A stretch of DNA of 64,000 nt, from positions 112,475-176,474 of the forward strand of contig JANRJN010000018.1 of NCBI GenBank assembly GCA_033763945.1, read 5' to 3'. The stretch's first letter is position 1. The number at the start of each line of letters is the position of its first letter. Below the pieces are notes generated by a model. The model was not told the origin of the DNA and did not search any database. It saw only the letters and a program-made list of their open reading frames with translations. This DNA is from Bacteroidota bacterium. Lineage in GTDB: Bacteria; Bacteroidota; Bacteroidia; B-17B0; Aurantibacillaceae. Shown here one piece after another: positions 57,060 through 64,000 of the stretch. Position numbers and translations under genes: made by a program.

Positions 57060-58598
57060 ATGCGCCAACAAAAAACATACCAACTATTATTTTGTGTAAT
57101 GTGTTTTTTTACGGTAAAAAGTTTTAGTCAAACTTCATCAAAAAAATTAGCAAACATTAATGCGTTTAACTCCATTTTAGGGAACTATTTTTACGTAGAT
57201 GCCAATTTAAGTATTTTACCTAGATGCACAAACAATGATATAAGTTTTGATACCTTATATGCACTTATAAAAAATAATTTTAACACCAATTTTAATTACA
57301 ATCTCGAGAGCAGGCAGGAACTTAAAAGCCCATCGTCCAACGTTATTACTTTAAATTTAAAGTTTGATAAAAACGGCTGTTGTATTAATGAAACCCGCCG
57401 CACCTTTAAAAAGGATAAAAATAAAACCTATTTTGTGTTTTCGCGCAAACAAATCGATTCTGTTTTTTGGCGTACAAAAAATTATTCTGCCATCACCAAT
57501 GGTGAACAATTTAATGAGTTATTGACTTTGGATGAGAATGGAAGAAATTTATCATTGTTGGCAGACCAAATTAATGATACAGTTAATAAATTAAACATTA
57601 GTAATATCGTTTTTTTTGTGCATGGCTACAATGTGCCTCATAGCCTGGCACAGCTACAGGGTAATCAATTAATTTCTACGCTTGCACAATTACATCCTGA
57701 TAAAAAATATTTATTTATACGTGTGTTTTGGGATGGGGGCGACCGTAAAAAATTTAGTGTTCGTTACAAGAAAAACAAAACCGGCGAATTAAAATTAAAA
57801 TGTTTTACCTATAAAAACACCATTAGTTTAACTAACGGCTTAAAGTTTGGTGAAAAACGCAAACAAGCAAGTGATTATGGTATTTCACTCAGACGCTTAC
57901 TAGTGCTGTTGCAACAATACGATGCTTTAAAAAGTAAGCAGTATTATATGGTAACGCATAGTCTTGGTGCTATTGTTGCTACCAGCAGTTTAATAAATAA
58001 TGTCAACGATTTGTATGTTAAAAAAAAGTGGTTTAGAAATTATATTTATAATAACAATTTTCAAACGGATTCTTTAAATCTTAATACCATTGAAAAACGT
58101 GTAAAGAAGAACAAATGGTTAACTTCAAACAAAACAATAAATAATAACAATAGCTTAAAAAATTATTTAAAAATTGCCGCCATAAAACACATTCATTTAC
58201 CCGACTTAAATGTAAAATTGTTTTTAAATGCACCAGCCATTGCAGGGGTAGATTTGTTTAAACATGCCGATTTAGAAAAAAATTACCATTACAACATCGG
58301 GCATAATATTTTTGATCCCATTTTAGCAAAACGTTTTTTGTTTCAAAATGTCATGTTATCGGGTTATTTTTCGCAGCTATTTGGAACAACATCACTTGGG
58401 CTGAATTACAATAACGAAGTGGGTATGACACAGTTTGTTTTAAGTAAAAAAGCTAAAAGCTTTAAACAAAAATATCCATCAAAGGAGGTTCATTTTAAAT
58501 TAAGTGCTTTTCAAACAAGCGATGTATTTGATCATGATTTGTTTACTTATTCAAAAAATCCATTATTTTTAAAAGCGTTTCAATCCTATTTTGAATAA
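57060..58598 (+). CDS. Alpha/beta hydrolase, DUF900-like
   Basis: The ATG at 57060 gives a signal peptide. IVFFVHGYNVPHS and YYMVTHSLGAIVA (GxSxG-type HSLG) match the DUF900 esterase-like pattern. Confidence 0.55.
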   Translation: MRQQKTYQLLFCVMCFFTVKSFSQTSSKKLANINAFNSILGNYFYVDANLSILPRCTNNDISFDTLYALIKNNFNTNFNYNLESRQELKSPSSNVITLNLKFDKNGCCINETRRTFKKDKNKTYFVFSRKQIDSVFWRTKNYSAITNGEQFNELLTLDENGRNLSLLADQINDTVNKLNISNIVFFVHGYNVPHSLAQLQGNQLISTLAQLHPDKKYLFIRVFWDGGDRKKFSVRYKKNKTGELKLKCFTYKNTISLTNGLKFGEKRKQASDYGISLRRLLVLLQQYDALKSKQYYMVTHSLGAIVATSSLINNVNDLYVKKKWFRNYIYNNNFQTDSLNLNTIEKRVKKNKWLTSNKTINNNNSLKNYLKIAAIKHIHLPDLNVKLFLNAPAIAGVDLFKHADLEKNYHYNIGHNIFDPILAKRFLFQNVMLSGYFSQLFGTTSLGLNYNNEVGMTQFVLSKKAKSFKQKYPSKEVHFKLSAFQTSDVFDHDLFTYSKNPLFLKAFQSYFE

Positions 58599-59583
58599 AC
58601 TGAAATACATAATTATTGTTTTTATGCTTCTTAAGGCTCGTTTATTTTATGGGCAAGCAAATTTATCCTATAGCGATAAACAAAATTTAACCGCTAATTT
58701 CGAAAAGGGTAAACCACAATTTGGTTTTGGATTAACTCTAAAAGTTGATTTGGTAAAAAGTACCTTTGCTTATTTTCGTTTAAGTCTTACAGGTGGTGCA
58801 GGTATGCCAATTGGCAGAGATATTGGTATAGAACGAAATAATTTTTGTTTATATTATTTTGCCGAGTTAGATATTTTTAGAGGCGGTATGGGAGCTCCTG
58901 CTATGTCAATCGACAATCAAAAAATATTATTTGAATTACACCAATCATTTCTAACGGCAGTAGGTAGCACATTAAATTATGAACGGTACAACTACACCCG
59001 TCCTGTAATGCATTTTGTATCAAATTCGTCGCATCCTCTTTACGACCCATTTAATAGTTCTTTTACTATTGGAACTACTTTTGTAAATGGTCTAAACATT
59101 AAACGTTCGCAACGAGTGGGTATTGCAAGCATTGGTTACCACGGTTTTCAGTTAACGTATTTAAATGACGGACCTCCTTTTACTTCTGACTGGTTGCCTT
59201 ATGGCGATGGTTTTGATAGGTGGTGGACAGGTAGTGGGCAAATAGGTATTTACAATGTCGATTATCCATTACTGCGAAGTATAGAAATTAAATACGATAA
59301 ATTTACGGGTTTACAACCCTATGCTTATGAATTATCTACTTCGCTTCACTTGAAACATATTCCATACAAATCAAAAGAAATTCAGTTAAGTAACAGACAA
59401 CGTATTGAAATAAGTGTGGCTACTGATAGAGGTATTGGTTTTAGTTATAATATTTATGATTTACCTTTGTTTGATATACAGCATTACATTCATCAAAGCA
59501 GTGGTTATAGTTTTCATAGTACACCATTAAAATGGAAAGGCTCTACCGGATTTTTTTATAACAATACGTTTTTAATACAGTAA
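58591..59583 (+). CDS. Hypothetical secreted protein
   Basis: Signal peptide. Overlaps the upstream gene by 8 nt. Gly/Tyr/Phe-rich beta pattern. No family recognised. Confidence 0.5.
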   Translation: MNKLKYIIIVFMLLKARLFYGQANLSYSDKQNLTANFEKGKPQFGFGLTLKVDLVKSTFAYFRLSLTGGAGMPIGRDIGIERNNFCLYYFAELDIFRGGMGAPAMSIDNQKILFELHQSFLTAVGSTLNYERYNYTRPVMHFVSNSSHPLYDPFNSSFTIGTTFVNGLNIKRSQRVGIASIGYHGFQLTYLNDGPPFTSDWLPYGDGFDRWWTGSGQIGIYNVDYPLLRSIEIKYDKFTGLQPYAYELSTSLHLKHIPYKSKEIQLSNRQRIEISVATDRGIGFSYNIYDLPLFDIQHYIHQSSGYSFHSTPLKWKGSTGFFYNNTFLIQ

Positions 59584-59585
59584 TC

Positions 59586-60680
59586 ATGAAAAATATAGTA
59601 ATACATATAATTATTTTTCTTTCTGTGGTTGCTGTAAAAGCTGGTAATCCCGATAAAATAGTAAAACTAAATCCTCAAGATTTATTTGTATTAATAGAAT
59701 ATAAACAGGTTCAATACGAGTATTTTGAAAACAACAGAGGCAAATTGCCTTCAGATATGAGTTTTTTGAATTATTACGTAGATATAAATGGTAAGGCAGA
59801 TTCGTCATCACTGATAGATGTAAACTATTTGTATTTAAATGGTTATAACGAGAACAAAACTGAAGGCGAAGTATATTATTTAGTAACAAAAAAAAATCGC
59901 CCAATGAGTAACCGTAACTCAAATATTAGAAATGCTTCTACGGTGGATCATTTTTACGACATTGGCTCAATAATAAATGTGGTAATGGGCTATTGGAAAA
60001 AAGGGAAGGATAACAGAGTATTTATAGCTTTTAGAGACCAAACAAAAATATGGAATATGCGAAATTTTAGAATTTTTGGTGGATTAATTATTAAACAAAA
60101 TATTTATATCACCACCACTATGAATACAAAGGATGATTACTTGTTTGATTATAATTTTAAACGGAACAAAGAGATTAAGGTAGAGTTGCCAATTCATTTA
60201 GACGATGTGTTTTATTCGGTAGATGTTGAAAATAAAGAGGACGCTAAATGTTTAAAAGAGATAACGCAAACCGAAAAAAATAAAGACAGTACATTTAAAG
60301 CAACTATTAAATACTGGCAATACGATAGTACTAATAAGAAAGATTTTAATGAAAGAGGGGTTTATTTAATGAATTATGATTCCTTAAATATTCAACTAAT
60401 TAGTAAACGAAAGCATGGTGCTAAAAAACGGTTTTTATTTGTGGCTTATAAAAATTGTACACCTCAATATTCAAGTATTTCTGTTAAACGTTATAAAAAT
60501 TATTTTAATGAGAATAATCAAAAAGAGTATTTATTTATACGGGTTATTGATCCTTACGATAATATAGCTGGCGATACTAAGAAAAAGGAGAAGTTAGTAG
60601 TGTTTAATGTACCTTATTCCGGAGAAAATTTAATTCCAAGAATTCTCAACTTCTTTAAAAAGAAAATAATAAATATGTAA
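59586..60680 (+). CDS. Hypothetical secreted protein
   Basis: Signal peptide. Starts 2 nt after the previous stop. No family recognised. Confidence 0.5.
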   Translation: MKNIVIHIIIFLSVVAVKAGNPDKIVKLNPQDLFVLIEYKQVQYEYFENNRGKLPSDMSFLNYYVDINGKADSSSLIDVNYLYLNGYNENKTEGEVYYLVTKKNRPMSNRNSNIRNASTVDHFYDIGSIINVVMGYWKKGKDNRVFIAFRDQTKIWNMRNFRIFGGLIIKQNIYITTTMNTKDDYLFDYNFKRNKEIKVELPIHLDDVFYSVDVENKEDAKCLKEITQTEKNKDSTFKATIKYWQYDSTNKKDFNERGVYLMNYDSLNIQLISKRKHGAKKRFLFVAYKNCTPQYSSISVKRYKNYFNENNQKEYLFIRVIDPYDNIAGDTKKKEKLVVFNVPYSGENLIPRILNFFKKKIINM

Positions 60681-60690
60681 ATTTACTGTA

Positions 60691-61191
60691 ATGGACTTTA
60701 AACTCAGACCTTGGAAAATTACAGACATTGATAGTTTGGTAGAAAACGCCAACAATCCTGAAATTTCAAAGTTTATGACCGATGCATTTCCTCATCCTTT
60801 TACGGCAGATGATGCGAAAAAATTTATTGAGTACGCCATGAGCCAGTATCCGGTTCATTTTTTTGCCATTGAAGTAAATGATTTTGCCGTTGGGGGCATT
60901 GGTGTTCATCCGCAATCAGACATTATGAAAAAAAATGCAGAATTAGGATATTGGTTAGGTCAAAATTATTGGGGGAAAGGAATTGTGTCAAGAGCCATAA
61001 ACGATATGGTGGTTTACGCTTTTAGAACTTTTGATGTGACGCGGGTATACGCTAGGCCGTATAGTACAAATTTAAAATCGCAACACCTGTTGGAAAAAAA
61101 TGGTTTTATTTTAGAGGCAAGAATAGAAAAGAACATTTTTAAAAACGGTGAGTTTTTGGATGAATTAATTTATGCCGTGCGAAAGCAATAA
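60691..61191 (+). CDS. GNAT family N-acetyltransferase (RimJ/RimL-like)
   Basis: LRPWKITDIDSLVENANNPEISKFM...GYWLGQNYWGKGI...N..S..LLEKNGF. Confidence 0.8.
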   Translation: MDFKLRPWKITDIDSLVENANNPEISKFMTDAFPHPFTADDAKKFIEYAMSQYPVHFFAIEVNDFAVGGIGVHPQSDIMKKNAELGYWLGQNYWGKGIVSRAINDMVVYAFRTFDVTRVYARPYSTNLKSQHLLEKNGFILEARIEKNIFKNGEFLDELIYAVRKQ

Positions 61192-61748
61192 CCCTGTCAT
61201 TTCGAGTAGGATTTGCGTCTCTTTTCAAATCCGTATCGAGAAATGAGATGCACTTCTCGATACGCTTCGCTACTCGAAGTGACAAGTAAATCTCGATACG
61301 CTACGCTACTCGAAGTGACAAGTACGTTTCGATACACTTCGCTACTCAAAGTGACAAGTAATGTTAGAAGGTGAAAATATACGGCTTGCTTTAAAAAATA
61401 ATTGCCCTGTCATTTCGAGTAGGATTTGCGTCTCTTTTCAAATCCGTATCGAGAAATGAGATGCACTTCTCGATACGCTCCGCTACTCGAAGTGACAAGT
61501 AAATCTCGATACGCTCCGCTACTCGAAGTGACAAATAATGTTAGAAGGTGAAAATATACGGCTTGCTTTAAAAAATAATAACCCTGTCATTTCGAGTAGG
61601 ATTTGCGCCTCTTTTCAAATCCGTATCGAGAAATGAGATGCACTTCTCGATACGCTCCGCTACTCAAAGTGACAAGTAAATCTCGATACACTTCGATACT
61701 CGAAGTGACAAGTACGTTTCGATACACTTCGCTACTCAAAGTGATAAG
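61192..61748. repeat. Tandem array of three composite nested-palindrome repeat units
   Basis: Units start at 61192, 61405 and 61582 with CCCTGTCATTTCGAGTAGGATTTGCG.CTCTTTTCAAATCCGTATCGAGAAATGAGATGCACTTCTCGATACGCT.CGCTACTCGAAGTGACAAGTA. Each is followed by 1-2 extra TCTCGATAC...CTACTCGAAGTGACA half-units. Confidence 0.85.
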
Positions 61749-61870
61749 GAAATTTAAAATTAAGGCCTATTCTTTTATATTAAATAAACAAGATTAAAAC
61801 TATTAATAAATTACTTTTTTTTTTCTTTACAAAAACCACAATTTTATTACTTTTAATGGTTTATTGAACT

Positions 61871-64000
61871 ATGAAAATTTCTTATAATTGGCTTAAAACC
61901 ATAATAAATACAGACCTTTCTGCTCAAGAAGCAGCAGATTATTTAACCGCGTCAGGTCTTGAAGTAGAAGGTGTTGAAACGTTTGAATCTTTAAAAGGAG
62001 GCTTAAAAGGCCTTGTAGTTGGTCAGGTTTTAGAATGCTCTAAACACCCCGATGCAGACAAATTGAGTTTAACAAAAGTAGATGTTGGTACCGGCGAACC
62101 TCTTCAAATTGTATGTGGTGCGCCAAACGTTGCTGCTAATCAAAAGGTAATTGTAGCTTTGGTGGGTTGCATGTTGTATCCTTCAACCGGCGAGCCTTTT
62201 GAAATTAAAAAATCTAAAATACGTGGTGCAGTAAGCGAAGGTATGCTTTGCGCAGAAGACGAAATTGGTTTGGGAGCAAGCCATGCAGGGATTATGGTGT
62301 TGCCTGAAAATACACCGGTAGGGTTACCAGCCGCAGATTATTTTAAAATTGAAAACGATACAATTTTAGAGATTGGTTTAACCCCCAATCGTAGCGATGC
62401 TGCGTCGCATTTAGGCGTAGCCCGTGACTTAGCCGCTATTATCAATTCTAGAAATACAGAAAATTCGCTTCAGATCTCTATCAATGGTATGAAGCCTTTA
62501 CCGGAAGCAACGAATTTGAACAAAGTGCAAGTAACAGTTCAAAATCCAGAAGCCTGTAAACGTTACTCCGGTATTGTAATTAGTGGTATTACGGTTAAAG
62601 CTAGTCCTGATTGGTTACAAAATCGCTTAAAAGCAATTGGTTTACGCCCCATAAACAACATTGTTGACATTACCAATTTTGTATTGCACGAAATGGGTCA
62701 GCCGCTTCACGCCTTTGATTTGGAAAAAATTCCAGGAAATAACATCATTGTTAGAACGGCGAATGAAGGTGAGAAATTTGTAACCTTAGATACTGTTGAA
62801 CGAACTTTAACTGCAAGTGATTTGGTAATTTGTAATGAACTTGGTCCAATGTGTTTGGCCGGGGTATTTGGAGGATTGGAGAGTGGAGTAGGAGAGGGTA
62901 CAACTTCCATCTTTTTAGAGAGTGCTTATTTTGATGCAGGCTTTGTGCGTAAAGCTTCTAAGCATCATGGATTAAAAACAGATGCGTCTTTTCGTTTTGA
63001 AAGAGGAACCGATCCAAACATTACGGTTGATGCGTTAACCCGCGCTGCAAATTTAATTTTTGAATTGGCAGGTGGTGTGTTAAGTATGGAAGTGTTGGAT
63101 ATTTATCCTGAAAAATTAGTGCCATATAAAGTTGCATTTTCTTATAATGACTGCGATGCTTTAATTGGTAAGGAAATTGAGAGAGCTACTATAAAATCAA
63201 TATTAACCAATTTAGGAATTGAAATTGAAAACGAGGGGAACGATGCGTTGCTGTTAAATGTTCCTCGTTACAAAACCGATGTTACCCGTCAGGCCGATGT
63301 GATTGAAGAAGTCATGCGCATTTATGGTTACAACAATGTGGAAGTGAGTAAAGAGATTTCGTACACTGCTTTTAACGAAGCAAAAAATGTGGATATCATC
63401 GTTGAAAATAAAGTAGCAACTGCTTTAGAAGGTTTTGGTTTTAACGAAATAATGAGTCTGTCATTAACCAAAGAAACTTATTACCCTCAGGTAAATACTA
63501 ATGTAAAAGTAGTAAATCCCTTAAGCAACGATTTAAATGTGTTGCGTGGCGATATGATTTACAGTGGCTTGGAAGCTATAGCATATAATAGCAATCGTAA
63601 AAATGCAGATTTAAAATTATTTGAAATTGGGAGAACTTATTCTCAAATTGAAAGTGAAACGTATAAATATGCCGAACAAAAGCACTTGACTGCATTTGTA
63701 ACCGGAAATGTCTTCTCAGAAAATCCTTTTGGATTAAATCAAAAGACCGATTTAAATTATTTAAAAACTGCAGTAATTAATGTGTTAAATAAATGCGGTG
63801 CTAATAATTTAAAAAGTACCGAAAGCACTTATGAAAATTTTGAATACGGTTTAACATATACTTTAAACAATAAAGTCATTGCGCAAATGGGTTGTGTAAA
63901 TAAAGCTACTTTGAAAAAGTTTGACATCAATCAACCTGTGTTTTATGCGGATGTTAATTGGGAAGTATTGGTAAAAGCATTTGCCAAACAAAACATACAG
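61871..64000 (+). CDS. pheT: Phenylalanine--tRNA ligase beta subunit, N-terminal part (3' end outside window)
   Basis: MKISYNWLKTIINTDLSAQEAADYLTASGLEVEGVE...VLECSKHPDADKLSLTKVDVG...IVCGAPNVAANQKV...IRGAVSEGMLCAEDEIG. The frame stays open to the window end. Confidence 0.9.
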   Translation, partial: MKISYNWLKTIINTDLSAQEAADYLTASGLEVEGVETFESLKGGLKGLVVGQVLECSKHPDADKLSLTKVDVGTGEPLQIVCGAPNVAANQKVIVALVGCMLYPSTGEPFEIKKSKIRGAVSEGMLCAEDEIGLGASHAGIMVLPENTPVGLPAADYFKIENDTILEIGLTPNRSDAASHLGVARDLAAIINSRNTENSLQISINGMKPLPEATNLNKVQVTVQNPEACKRYSGIVISGITVKASPDWLQNRLKAIGLRPINNIVDITNFVLHEMGQPLHAFDLEKIPGNNIIVRTANEGEKFVTLDTVERTLTASDLVICNELGPMCLAGVFGGLESGVGEGTTSIFLESAYFDAGFVRKASKHHGLKTDASFRFERGTDPNITVDALTRAANLIFELAGGVLSMEVLDIYPEKLVPYKVAFSYNDCDALIGKEIERATIKSILTNLGIEIENEGNDALLLNVPRYKTDVTRQADVIEEVMRIYGYNNVEVSKEISYTAFNEAKNVDIIVENKVATALEGFGFNEIMSLSLTKETYYPQVNTNVKVVNPLSNDLNVLRGDMIYSGLEAIAYNSNRKNADLKLFEIGRTYSQIESETYKYAEQKHLTAFVTGNVFSENPFGLNQKTDLNYLKTAVINVLNKCGANNLKSTESTYENFEYGLTYTLNNKVIAQMGCVNKATLKKFDINQPVFYADVNWEVLVKAFAKQNIQ

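Noticed and set aside
61192-61748. Possible CRISPR array, because of regularly repeated sequence
   Set aside because: The units are 177-213 bp composite nested palindromes with contiguous sub-repeats. There are no short constant repeats alternating with unique spacers, and no cas genes are in the window.
61603-61797. 64-aa ORF
   Set aside because: It lies entirely inside the third repeat unit, and its repetitive peptide (SRYTS...LKVTS) mirrors the DNA repeat.
1-64000. Search for tRNA, rRNA, tmRNA, transposase, integrase or prophage genes
   Set aside because: I recognised none when reading both strands. A tRNAscan/Infernal run would be needed to exclude small RNAs formally.

Overview
AT-rich Bacteroidota (Flavobacteriia/Sphingobacteriia-like) chromosomal segment, inferred from T9SS sorting domains, a gliding-motility C-terminal domain and TAnnTTTG-type promoters. 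Bases 1-27.2 kb are ordinary housekeeping genes: mazG, PAP2 plus an ArnT-like glycosyltransferase, a TlpA-like thioredoxin, a parvulin PPIase, an MFS transporter, purN, yidC, dnaB, rluD, an S41 peptidase and SOD. Bases 27.6-33.9 kb encode a 2092-aa T9SS adhesin. Bases 34.3-36.7 kb encode a NarL/LuxR-type two-component system. Bases 36.9-60.7 kb form a roughly 24 kb accessory island in which every gene is on the + strand. I saw no integrase, transposase or tRNA in it. The island ends at a tandem array of nested-palindrome repeats (61.19-61.75 kb) just before pheT. The most interesting content is in the island. (1) A stand-alone reverse transcriptase at 51510-53339 follows an AEP primase-like gene and a beta-rich protein. 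Three nt after its stop lies a 112-nt inverted-repeat structured element (53342-53453), followed by a 2-TM protein. I read this as a candidate RT-based defence module that I cannot place in a known class. (2) A roughly 30-nt non-coding motif (ACGGAGCTAACCGAAAATCCGATAAAGAGTAGG) recurs just upstream of five gene units and splits the island into small cassettes. (3) A promoter/operator architecture of three CTACKTGG 8-mers phased 23-24 bp apart recurs before the two-component operon and three island units, suggesting one regulon. (4) The cassettes encode lipid-directed and membrane-directed proteins: two class-3 lipase paralogs, an AttH-like protein plus a PLD, a SLATT/DUF4231-like 2-TM protein, and vWA plus DUF900 hydrolase proteins. 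All family calls come from motifs read by eye; no database search was run.
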